The notes beneath the pieces are model-generated. The model searched no databases. It was not told the origin of the DNA and saw nothing but the letters and a program-made list of their open reading frames with translations. Positions 1-9,292 of a stretch of DNA of 58,639 nt are shown here, piece after piece. Both the position numbers and the translations under genes were made by a program. The stretch's first letter is position 1. Each line of letters starts with the position of its first letter. This DNA comes from a virus (lineage: Duplodnaviria > Caudoviricetes), in the IMG/VR virus record IMGVR_UViG_3300034064_000176, positions 1 to 58,639 of that record, one strand, 5' to 3'.

Positions 1-1062
1 AAGCGGATTGAAGCCAAGCTTGCCCTGCACCAGGAGGCGCTGAAGAAGCTACCCCCGGAAGCAGCGGCAGCCTTTAGAGCCCGGATGAGTTGGCTCATGA
101 GGGCGCACAAGCACCAGATCCCGCCTAAGGGCAATTGGTGGACGACATGGCTCTTACTTGCAGGCAGGGGCGCAGGCAAGACCAGGACAGCCGCCGAGGA
201 CGTATGGCATACAGCCTGGACGACGCCCAACATCCGCATCTTGATCTCGGGCCCGACCTCGGCCGACATCCGCGACACGATGATCGAGGGCGAGTCAGGC
301 CTGCTCAACTGCATGCCCGAGGAGATCCGGGTCAAGTACACCAGGAGCCTGCACGAGATCGTCCTTACGAATGGCTCCCTGATCAAAGGCATACCGGCCT
401 CGGAGCCTGAGCGCTTCCGGGGTCCGCAGTGGCACCATGCTTGGTGCGACGAGTTGGCAGCCTGGGAATACCTGGATGCAGCCTGGGACCAGATCATGTT
501 CTCGGTCCGCCTGGGCGATAAGCCACGGATCGTCGTAACCACCACGCCCAAGCCTAAGCCGCTGATCATCGACCTGCTGAACCGAGACGGCGAGGACGTC
601 GTCGTCACGCAGGCTTCGACCTACGACAACCTTGCCAACCTTGCCGGGACGTTCAAGCAGCAGATCTTGCAGTACGAGGGCACTTCCCTGGGCCGCCAGG
701 AGATCCACGCCGAGATCATCGACCCTGAAGAGGCTGGGATCATCAAACGCGCCTGGATCAAGCTATGGCCCTCGGAGAAGCCCTTCCCGCGCTTTGAGTT
801 CGTGGTCCAGTCCTACGACGGCGCCTATACCGAAAAGACCATCAACGACCCCTCAGCCTGTAGCGTATGGGGGATCTTCAAGCCCAGCGAAGACAAAGGC
901 TTTTGCGCCATGCTGATCGATTGCTGGGAAGAGCGCTTGCAATATCCTGACCTGAAGGAGAAGGTAATTGAAGACTTCGGCACGGTTTATGGCGACCCCA
1001 ATGAATTCGGACAGGGCAAGAAGACTGACATGGTTCTGGTTGAAGACAAGTCCTCCGGCATC
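1..1062. repeat. Terminal direct repeat, left copy
   Basis: 1-1062 matches 57578-58639 with ~30 substitutions counted by eye and no indels. Confidence 0.97.
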
Positions 1063-1413
1063 TCCCTCCTCCAGGACCTGGGGCGTGCCCACATACCCTG
1101 TCGGTCATACAATCCCGGCGGCGCGGACAAGGTCCAACGGGTCAACCTGATCGCCCCACTGATCAAGGCCGGACGGGTGTATATTCCGGAGAGCACGAAG
1201 AACGAAGGCCACCCCCGATCCTGGGCTGAGCCCCTCGTCAATCAGCTTTGCGCCTTCCCTGAGGTCAGGCATGACGACCTCGTGGATACAACGTCCCAGG
1301 CCCTGCGCGTGCTGCGAGACATGGGATGGCTTGTCATTGATCCTCCGCCGCCGGATAATGACGACCAATACCCCGAGGACCGGCCTCGGCGGGTCAATCC
1401 TTACGCGGTTTAG
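1..1413 (+). CDS. terL: Terminase large subunit (5' end supplied by the copy starting at 57557)
   Basis: Walker A LAGRGAGKT, FRGPQ..AWCDE Walker B, TTTP coupling motif, C-terminal RNase H-like SYD...HDDLVD; frame open from base 1. Confidence 0.95.
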   Translation, partial: KRIEAKLALHQEALKKLPPEAAAAFRARMSWLMRAHKHQIPPKGNWWTTWLLLAGRGAGKTRTAAEDVWHTAWTTPNIRILISGPTSADIRDTMIEGESGLLNCMPEEIRVKYTRSLHEIVLTNGSLIKGIPASEPERFRGPQWHHAWCDELAAWEYLDAAWDQIMFSVRLGDKPRIVVTTTPKPKPLIIDLLNRDGEDVVVTQASTYDNLANLAGTFKQQILQYEGTSLGRQEIHAEIIDPEEAGIIKRAWIKLWPSEKPFPRFEFVVQSYDGAYTEKTINDPSACSVWGIFKPSEDKGFCAMLIDCWEERLQYPDLKEKVIEDFGTVYGDPNEFGQGKKTDMVLVEDKSSGISLLQDLGRAHIPCRSYNPGGADKVQRVNLIAPLIKAGRVYIPESTKNEGHPRSWAEPLVNQLCAFPEVRHDDLVDTTSQALRVLRDMGWLVIDPPPPDNDDQYPEDRPRRVNPYAV

Positions 1414-1421
1414 GGACCACC

Positions 1422-4400
1422 ATGCCAAACCCACGCGCCCAAAAGAATCCGACGTTCATCCCCCAGGCCCTGCAAGGCCTAGCCGACATGGGCCGCGGTG
1501 CGGTACGAGGCGCCCTGGCAGAAAGCTTGGGTACGGCAGGTGACCTTACCCAAGCGCTGAGCAACATCAAGACGGCAGGCTTCATGCCAGCCATGCTTGC
1601 AAGGGGCCTACAAGGGCCTACAAGCGAAGAAATGAGCCACGCCTTACGAGGCATGACCCCGAACCCTTTAACGCAGCCTGACCGCGCTCATACAGCCCAG
1701 ATGGGCCAGACTTTCGGGTCGATCCCTGCATCGATGGCTGGAGGGGCTGGGACCAATGCTGCACTGCAAAAGATGGCAGGCAGGCTAAACAACATGCAGA
1801 AGGTTGAGTCCATGATGCCCAAGGCGCCCAAGCCGGTAGCCGAGGTACTCAAGGGGCCCGAGCCCGACTTCATGCGCGTCTACTCTGGCCAGCGTATCCC
1901 GATCGAGGGCAAGTTCGACATCATGAGGGCAGATCCCCACGCCTCGATGGGTCGCGCCTTCTACACGGCAGAGCTTCCTCGGTACGCCAACAAGTTCACC
2001 GGCAATCAGCCTGGAGCTAACGTCACGCCCGTCGACGTTGATCGCAACCGGATGCTGATGTTCGACAAGATGTACGACACGCCTCAAGGCCAAATGGAAG
2101 GCCTTGATTACTACGACATGCTGCGCAGGCAGGCCATGGTCAAGCCTGGGATCGGCAAGGACATGATCCGCCAGGAGATCCTCGACGCTGGCTTTGCCGG
2201 TACTCAAATGCCCAACGCGACGGGAAAGGCTTATGCAATCTACGACCCGAGCGTGGCCCAGGACATGTCCGGCCGTGGTTTCGCACGCGGCGGTCTGGTA
2301 GACGGCTCGAGCAATGATGACGCAACTGGAGGTCAGGGCTGGAGAGCGGCTCCCGGCATGGCTGCTGGCGGAGTTCCTTATAAAGGCATCAACCCCATAG
2401 CGACCGGCCTGGGCCAAATGAGACAGCAGTCCGTAGCGAGGGATGCAGCTTCGAACCTGATGGCCAAAAACCGAGCCGCTCAGTTTGCCAATCAAGGCGC
2501 TGATCGTCTTGCCCGTCAGAATCAATTGGCAGCCGCCAAGACCGCACGCCTGAATGCCCTGGCACCCAAGCTGTCGACCTACGTCCCGCCTGCGGGATCT
2601 ACGACGACCAGTCCGACGGTTACCAGCCCAGCGGTTACCGACCCAGCAACTACCACGGTCGACTCAACGACGCCGATCGTACCAGCAGCCAAGCCGGACG
2701 ATCCAGGTAATTACCAGGGCGGTGCTCGAGGCGGCCTCGTAAGCATGGCAGGCGGCGGTTTGGCCAAGAAGGCCGCCGAGAAGGCTTTTAGGGCCCTTCC
2801 CGGTCAGAGTTTCCAGGGCAAGTCTGGCTTGAACATGGAAATGCCCAAGGACATCGAGAAGAGAATCCTGGAGATCACCGAGTCCGGTCTCATCCTGCCG
2901 TCCGAAGCTTTGGGTAAGCACGAAGGCAAGACGCTGATGATCACCCAGGCCGATAGGACTAAAGTCGGAGAGGGCTTTCTCGGCGGCCCGGGGTTCTCGG
3001 GTATTCAGCTTACCGAACCGCGTTATGCCGGTGCGACCTGGGGCGTTAAGACGCCTGGAGTGGGTCAGACCATCATAGGGTCCAATCGCCGCGTGCCTGA
3101 AGGCCAAGCGATCTGGACGACCATGCTTGGAACGCCGACTCAGCACAAGTCGAACCAAATGGTATTTGACCGCCTTTACAAGGAGTTTATGGGCGGCGTT
3201 AAGCAAGAAAAGCTTACGCCCGAACTCAAAGACACCCTGAACGCAAAACTTGCCTCGGTGGTCGATAAGGAGGGCAAGAACCTATTTCCGGCGGATGTCG
3301 ATATTACGAACCCCAGGAAGTTCCGCAAGCTTGTCGACACCTTCGACAAACGTGCAGCCGCTGCTGACGTCATGGGCGGTATCGGCGTTGGCGGTAAGAA
3401 GGGTCAGATCTTCGACTACGACCGGATTATTCAACGCACGACAGATCCGGCGCTCTTGGAAGTGCCGACGGGTTCGCTTGGCAACCGCCTTTTCCAACTT
3501 AGCGGCGAGATGATGGACAGGCCCGATCTTCACCCAGCTTTCCCGACCATCCTCAAAGGCGAGGACCTTGGCGTCAGCTTTATGCCTGCGCCACGAGAAC
3601 TGCTGATGGAGGACTACATCAACAAGGTCCTTACTGAGAAGGGTCGGCAGCCTGGGTACATGGACTGGACTCGAGGCTACGCGCCATCCCAGTTTCTATC
3701 CGAAGAGCTACTGACCAAGCTTCAAAAGGCTGGCTACAAGAAGGGCGGCAAGGTTAAAAAGATGCAAGCAGGCGGCATAGCCAAGGCGGTTAAGAGCGGC
3801 CTCCAGGCCCTTGATAAGCCCGCTAAGCAGACCATCACGTCGGCCATCGATCCCACTATGGACATCGCAAGCAGGCTGTCCCAGCCCGATCGCGTCAACC
3901 TCCTGCCGATGCCTAGCCGGTGGTTCCTTGATCCCAAGAACAACCCGAACGTGCAAAAGCTCGTCGAGAAGGTCCTCGAGGTCAACAACATGAAGCGCTC
4001 GGACTTTTACTCGGGCGCCTTCGTGAACCCGCGTACCGGCGAGGTCATGGACAAGAAGGTCATGCAGGACGTCGGTGTACTGATTAACCCGAATACCGGC
4101 AGGCCCATGATGAGCGCCGAGAAGGAAACGGACCTCACCATTGGCGACCGCAAGAAGGGCTCGATCACCAAGTCAAACCTCGTGCGCAAACAGCTTTACG
4201 AGACCGAAGGCGATCCAATCCTCAAGGACCTGGACTTCCTCGTGGCCATCGAGCAATCGGGCATGGGACACAAGTACGGGCTGGCCACTGAGTACGCCAC
4301 GCCTGCCGAAATGTTCAATACCATGACGGGCGACAACCCAACCCTTAGGCCGAAGAGCCAGGGCGATGTCTTCGGGATTGGCGACATCGTTGGGCGCATG

Positions 4401-4526
4401 TCCATGAAATCGAGCAAGATGCCCCACGACGTTTACGAATCCTTACTAATCGCGCCCAAAGGCTCCGACGTCCAGGGCGTCAAGCTGAGCAAGAAGAAGG
4501 GCGGCATAGTGAAAGGGCGCAAATGA
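1422..4526 (+). CDS. Large multi-module (polyvalent-like) virion-associated protein with ART-like module and 7 GG tags
   Basis: 1034 aa; ART-like segment RVYSG..AFYT..YAIYDPS; modules separated by xAxGG/xKxGG motifs. Confidence 0.7.
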   Translation: MPNPRAQKNPTFIPQALQGLADMGRGAVRGALAESLGTAGDLTQALSNIKTAGFMPAMLARGLQGPTSEEMSHALRGMTPNPLTQPDRAHTAQMGQTFGSIPASMAGGAGTNAALQKMAGRLNNMQKVESMMPKAPKPVAEVLKGPEPDFMRVYSGQRIPIEGKFDIMRADPHASMGRAFYTAELPRYANKFTGNQPGANVTPVDVDRNRMLMFDKMYDTPQGQMEGLDYYDMLRRQAMVKPGIGKDMIRQEILDAGFAGTQMPNATGKAYAIYDPSVAQDMSGRGFARGGLVDGSSNDDATGGQGWRAAPGMAAGGVPYKGINPIATGLGQMRQQSVARDAASNLMAKNRAAQFANQGADRLARQNQLAAAKTARLNALAPKLSTYVPPAGSTTTSPTVTSPAVTDPATTTVDSTTPIVPAAKPDDPGNYQGGARGGLVSMAGGGLAKKAAEKAFRALPGQSFQGKSGLNMEMPKDIEKRILEITESGLILPSEALGKHEGKTLMITQADRTKVGEGFLGGPGFSGIQLTEPRYAGATWGVKTPGVGQTIIGSNRRVPEGQAIWTTMLGTPTQHKSNQMVFDRLYKEFMGGVKQEKLTPELKDTLNAKLASVVDKEGKNLFPADVDITNPRKFRKLVDTFDKRAAAADVMGGIGVGGKKGQIFDYDRIIQRTTDPALLEVPTGSLGNRLFQLSGEMMDRPDLHPAFPTILKGEDLGVSFMPAPRELLMEDYINKVLTEKGRQPGYMDWTRGYAPSQFLSEELLTKLQKAGYKKGGKVKKMQAGGIAKAVKSGLQALDKPAKQTITSAIDPTMDIASRLSQPDRVNLLPMPSRWFLDPKNNPNVQKLVEKVLEVNNMKRSDFYSGAFVNPRTGEVMDKKVMQDVGVLINPNTGRPMMSAEKETDLTIGDRKKGSITKSNLVRKQLYETEGDPILKDLDFLVAIEQSGMGHKYGLATEYATPAEMFNTMTGDNPTLRPKSQGDVFGIGDIVGRMSMKSSKMPHDVYESLLIAPKGSDVQGVKLSKKKGGIVKGRK

Positions 4527-7500
4527 AACCGATCAACCCGTTCACTGCTAACCTGATTAAGAAGGCTGCGAAGAAGACCTTAACCAAGGCTGAGCGCGAC
4601 GAGAATCTGAAGAAGTTCCTTGAGCCAAGTGTTGTCAAGGAGCGTATGTATCACGGCTCCAAGCATGGGGACATCGTCCAGTTTAAGACGGGAGAAATGC
4701 TCGACAGGGAAAAGGGCTTGCCTAAGGACCCTGATCCCGAGGTGACGCGTAATGCGGTTTTCGTGACGCCCATACCAGAATATTCGGCACGCTTTACTGA
4801 TGGCACTCTTGCAGTCAAAAGGGGCGAGAACCCGACGACCTATCCCGTTTTTGTGCAGGCCAAGAACCCATGGGATTACGATAACCCAGAGCATTTAGTG
4901 GCGGCCAAACAACGCTATCTCGAGCTTTTCCCGTGGACCAAACCAAACGATCAGTTCAACACTTGGTTTGACTCATTGCCAAAAAAGGAAGACAACTGGG
5001 GCAATATTGAGTCGCAAAAAATGCAAGAGGTGATTAAAAGCCTTGGGCATGATGCGTTCTACATTTCAGAGCGTGGCGTTAAGAATCTTGGCGTGTATGA
5101 CCCTTCGGCCGTCAAGTCGGCGCTCGGAAATGTAGGCTCTTACGATACAAGCACCCCCGACATTACCAAGGCCGAGGGTGGCCTGATCCGCATGCAGGGC
5201 GGCGGTGACGTAACCGATAAGCCTTTGCTTGCTGACGAAGCAATTGATCAAATGGCGCGTTACAACTCAAGGGATAGCGGATCGCCTTTAAGCCAATTCA
5301 AAGAAGACTTCACGATCCTGCCGGAGGAGGATACATACGAATTGACTAGGGGTCTGGATAAATTCTACGACCCAAGGATCGGCGAATACATAACGCACGT
5401 TCAATCCCCTGCTCAGCTAGTCGATCTCATAAAATCATTGGACCCGGATTACGTCGAGGCATTGACGCGAGGGTATAACGAGATAGTCAATCAAACCCAG
5501 CCCGCTGGACCCTATAGTTTTGATTCGGTCCCGGTTTATGAAGGTTCAGATCCTGTAAGTGACCGTGAGAGAAGGGAGATTAGCGATGCGGCAGCGCAGA
5601 TTCAGTACAGTCCTGCGGTTACCGAGTCGTTCTTAAACGTAATACAAAATCCACTTGCTTACTCAATGAATGAGTCGGCCGTTGATCAGCCCAGGGATAT
5701 TGTCTCTGAAGTGTGGAACGAGCAGTTTCCAAAGTGGAAGGAGAGCGTTCTCGGCGGCCCTACTGATGTTCAACCTTTTTCGCAGCTAACAAGCAACGCG
5801 GCTGTAACAGGTGCAAACCCACTTGATTACACCCCTGGTTTAAGTGATAAAGGGCTTGGCGCAGGCTTTGCAGACCCTGGCGTCGTTGAAATGATTGACC
5901 GCTTTGATCGTAATCAAGTAGCGGCCACGCCCGAGTTAGCAGCGCTTGATCAGTCGATCGCTTCGCAGGAAAGCAACGCTCTAAACCAAGGGCTTGCTAG
6001 GCTGATGTCTGTCGATCAAATCACCGGCGACATCGATCCAGTCCAATCGCTACGCAACTTGCAGGCTTACGATCCTGCTTCTTTTGAAGCAACCCTTAGC
6101 ACGTTGCAGGATGTTCCCAGCCTTGTACCTCAATCGGGGCTCGGCTCCCTACGGCTTGGCATGGAGCAGTTACAAGGCCTGGAGGGGGTAACGCCTGCGC
6201 AAGTCGGCGAAACCGCCAATGCTTTCGCATCCATTCTGAAGCAGCCTGAGATTGGTGGCCAAGTTCAGGACATCGCCCAGAATATTCGGAACATCACCGA
6301 AAACCAGGAGCCCGTGCAGTCCGTACAGGAAGACGAAGATCTTGGTGGCGGTTATACGAGTCTCACGCCTCTTGTCCGGTCAAATTTCTTCGATAAGGGC
6401 CAGCAAGAGTATCGCAAGGGTGGATTGGTTCGTATGAGCAATGGTGGCGACCCCACCCAGATGTTCAACTTCAATCCCATGGCCGCCAAGGCTGCCAAGC
6501 AAAAGCAGATGCGCGAGTCCACGCCTGAGACTCCGCTTGGTGCGTTCGGCCGCGGCTTTGCTACGGGCTTGTTTGGTAGCACTGAAGAGCAGGTGCCTTA
6601 CACCGGCAGCATCATGGAAGGTTCGCCACAGCGCCAGCAATCGCAGGCAAACCTGCGCGAGATTGGCCGCAATGTCGGCGCACTGACAGACATCGGCGGC
6701 ATGGTTACGCCATTCGTTAAGCCTGCAACCCAAGCCATTACACGCGGTGCCACAGCACTGGGCAGGACAGGCCTCGAGCAAGTCGATCGCGCCATGTTTG
6801 GCGAAGGTCCGCTTGGCAACGCTCTGAGCATGTTAGCGCCACTGAACGTCAACGCACCTGTCAGCAAGCTTGGCTTTTACAACCCGATCGAAGAGATGGC
6901 CACCGCCTTGCAGCGCAAGCAAGGGCCAGGGCAGGCCTTCCTCAATGAGTTCACCAAGGCAGGTATCAGCAAGCAGCGCCTCGAGGATGCGGGCCTAGCT
7001 CAAAAGCTTGCTGCCGCGCCCAACGTCACGCGTGAGGAAGTTCAGGCTATGACCAAGGGCACGATGCCCGACGTCGAAGAGGTGGTCCTGAGCAGGTCTG
7101 TCATACCGCCCTACATGAAAGGGTTTGCCAACCTGCATATGCCCAACCTCGATGTCAACGATTACAGGCAGATTAATCAGTTGCGCAAGATTGCCGATGA
7201 GCGTTATAAGAAAGCTCTTGCGGAGAACGACCTCGATGCCGCCGAGTTTGCGATGAAGGCCGAAGAGGACATCAACAAGTTCAGCCGGACTCACAGCTAT
7301 GGCACCAAGCCTGGGGAGCGGCTGACCGAATTTCACGATTACCAAGAACCTGGGGGCAAGAACTACCGCGAGATCCTGCTTAAAGTACCGGTTAAAAGGG
7401 TCAGCGAGGAAGAGGCGCGGGTAATCTTAAATGCTCAACCTGAAGATAAGTTAACCGATTACGACATTGAATTTGCCTCGCGTAAGGCAAATCCTGCGTT

Positions 7501-9292
7501 TCGATCGCCGCACTGGTCAGATCCAAACGTCATTTCTCATATCAGGATGAATGACCGTGTGGACGCTGAAGGCAAGAACGTGCTTTTCATTGAGGAGCTT
7601 CAGTCTGACTGGGCGCAAAAGGGCCGGTCTGGATTTAAGGGGCCCGAAGTCGATAATCAATATGAAAAGCTGTCCGCAGAGATGAGCGACATACTTGATA
7701 AACAGATAGCAATGGAGGGGGGTAATGCTCCATGGTCTGATAGTGAATACGGCGCACTGGTTGAAAAGTTGCAAGAAATTCGTGAAAAGATGATCGCTGT
7801 TAAAGATGTGCAGCGAAATGGTCCGCCGCCAGGGCCATTCGTTAAGAACACCAACGAGTGGGTTGACCTGTCCCTGAAGAACATCATCAAGCGTGCAGTC
7901 GATGAGGGCTACGACCGCGTTGCGTTCATTGACGGCCACAAGTCTTTCTTGCGCTTTCCTCAAGGTGCCGATGGCGAGTCCACCGAGGCAGGAATGCGCA
8001 AGTTCTATGACGAGATCATCCCTGGCAGGCTCAAGGCTCTGGTTGGCAAGGACAATGTCCGGACCATCCCAGGTATTACGCAACAACGGCCGCTTGATGT
8101 TTCGCTGCAAGGCGATCGGTACTATGTGGTCGATGCTGATACCGACATTGCGATACCAGATCATCCTGGATTCCGAAGCCTTGAAAGGGCCGAGCAATAC
8201 CTTGACGAGTTGTACAGCAAGACCAAGACCATGGACCAGATCGGGTTCGACATCACCCCCGAGATCCGTGAGAAATTTAGCCAGCCCATCCCGTATAAAC
8301 ATGGAGGGGTGGTGAAAATGGCGGCAGGCGGTGCAAAGAAGCTTAAGCGTGCGTCCGAGGCTATCGCCAAGTTCCAAGACCCCCAGACCACCAAGATCCA
8401 GGAGTGGCAGTGGAGGCCCCTGGCCGAGGTTAACAAGCAGCTTAACCTTGCCGAAGTCCCGGATTACATCCAGCGTGGGTACGGAGACTTCATGATCGAG
8501 CAGGGCAAACGAGCCGCTGCCGGTAACCTTGGGGTCCGGGACCTGATCAAGGCCTACGGTATTACGCAGTCAAGCATTGGCCGCGGCGGTCTGTCCCACG
8601 ACACGGCAACCAAGGCAGGCTTAAAGGTGCCGAAGACCGAAGGGCTGGTAAGGCCGGAGGGCGCCTTCGCTGAATGGCTGGGCTCCAAGCAGGGGCAAAA
8701 ATTCCTCGACGACGCCGAGAAGGGCGTAGTCAACGAGAAGGCCCTGGACGACATTCGAGCTAAGTTCGCACCCTTCGGCAAAGCCAACCAGCTTACCGAG
8801 CAGCTTCGGTATGGCGTCAACAACGTATCGACCCTGGTCCCGCAAATGCAGCAGGCGCTTGTCGGATCGTCTGATGAGTATCGCGACTGGGCCGAAAGCA
8901 TTAAGGGCATAGCAGGCGCTAAAAGCGGCTTTATAGGCTCGATGCTGGGCCGTGGAGACTTACCTACCCTGGACGCAAGACAGCTTAACCTGCACTCCCT
9001 GGACAGCCCTGTAGCCCCCCAGACGATGATGCAAAGGGGTAAGGGGCTAGGCGCTCGTGAGGCGGTCGATCGCTTGGCGGCTAGACAGTCTGCGCTTGGC
9101 CTTGATATTGATCCATCGCTTGACCCGTATTACCAGCACTTAGCGCATCATGCGGTCTGGGACAAGGTAGCCGACGAGAAGACGACCCATGAAGACCTTA
9201 TGAGGGCGTTGCGTGGCTACAAAGAGGGCGGAGAGCCCGATACCGACGCTATGCGTCTTGAAATGATGAGGAAATCATGGCGATCGAAATGA
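4523..9292 (+). CDS. Large polyvalent protein: ART-PolyVal-like, acidic, EELQSDW-type and HhH-GPD-like modules with 7 GG tags
   Basis: 1589 aa; MYHGS..VFVTP..YPVFV..NP..VYDPSAVKS; GGKNYREILL..HIR..DR..IEELQSDW; IKGIAGAKSGF..DLPTLDAR; ATGA overlap with the upstream gene. Confidence 0.72.
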   Translation: MKPINPFTANLIKKAAKKTLTKAERDENLKKFLEPSVVKERMYHGSKHGDIVQFKTGEMLDREKGLPKDPDPEVTRNAVFVTPIPEYSARFTDGTLAVKRGENPTTYPVFVQAKNPWDYDNPEHLVAAKQRYLELFPWTKPNDQFNTWFDSLPKKEDNWGNIESQKMQEVIKSLGHDAFYISERGVKNLGVYDPSAVKSALGNVGSYDTSTPDITKAEGGLIRMQGGGDVTDKPLLADEAIDQMARYNSRDSGSPLSQFKEDFTILPEEDTYELTRGLDKFYDPRIGEYITHVQSPAQLVDLIKSLDPDYVEALTRGYNEIVNQTQPAGPYSFDSVPVYEGSDPVSDRERREISDAAAQIQYSPAVTESFLNVIQNPLAYSMNESAVDQPRDIVSEVWNEQFPKWKESVLGGPTDVQPFSQLTSNAAVTGANPLDYTPGLSDKGLGAGFADPGVVEMIDRFDRNQVAATPELAALDQSIASQESNALNQGLARLMSVDQITGDIDPVQSLRNLQAYDPASFEATLSTLQDVPSLVPQSGLGSLRLGMEQLQGLEGVTPAQVGETANAFASILKQPEIGGQVQDIAQNIRNITENQEPVQSVQEDEDLGGGYTSLTPLVRSNFFDKGQQEYRKGGLVRMSNGGDPTQMFNFNPMAAKAAKQKQMRESTPETPLGAFGRGFATGLFGSTEEQVPYTGSIMEGSPQRQQSQANLREIGRNVGALTDIGGMVTPFVKPATQAITRGATALGRTGLEQVDRAMFGEGPLGNALSMLAPLNVNAPVSKLGFYNPIEEMATALQRKQGPGQAFLNEFTKAGISKQRLEDAGLAQKLAAAPNVTREEVQAMTKGTMPDVEEVVLSRSVIPPYMKGFANLHMPNLDVNDYRQINQLRKIADERYKKALAENDLDAAEFAMKAEEDINKFSRTHSYGTKPGERLTEFHDYQEPGGKNYREILLKVPVKRVSEEEARVILNAQPEDKLTDYDIEFASRKANPAFRSPHWSDPNVISHIRMNDRVDAEGKNVLFIEELQSDWAQKGRSGFKGPEVDNQYEKLSAEMSDILDKQIAMEGGNAPWSDSEYGALVEKLQEIREKMIAVKDVQRNGPPPGPFVKNTNEWVDLSLKNIIKRAVDEGYDRVAFIDGHKSFLRFPQGADGESTEAGMRKFYDEIIPGRLKALVGKDNVRTIPGITQQRPLDVSLQGDRYYVVDADTDIAIPDHPGFRSLERAEQYLDELYSKTKTMDQIGFDITPEIREKFSQPIPYKHGGVVKMAAGGAKKLKRASEAIAKFQDPQTTKIQEWQWRPLAEVNKQLNLAEVPDYIQRGYGDFMIEQGKRAAAGNLGVRDLIKAYGITQSSIGRGGLSHDTATKAGLKVPKTEGLVRPEGAFAEWLGSKQGQKFLDDAEKGVVNEKALDDIRAKFAPFGKANQLTEQLRYGVNNVSTLVPQMQQALVGSSDEYRDWAESIKGIAGAKSGFIGSMLGRGDLPTLDARQLNLHSLDSPVAPQTMMQRGKGLGAREAVDRLAARQSALGLDIDPSLDPYYQHLAHHAVWDKVADEKTTHEDLMRALRGYKEGGEPDTDAMRLEMMRKSWRSK

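Noticed and set aside
85-1413. terL starting at ATG 85
   Set aside because: The frame is open from base 1 and the other copy shows a start at 57557 overlapping terS.
1422-9292. Inteins or Hint domains explaining the module junctions
   Set aside because: No C/S-start, HN-end or Hint block motifs; the junction motifs are only 5-14 aa.
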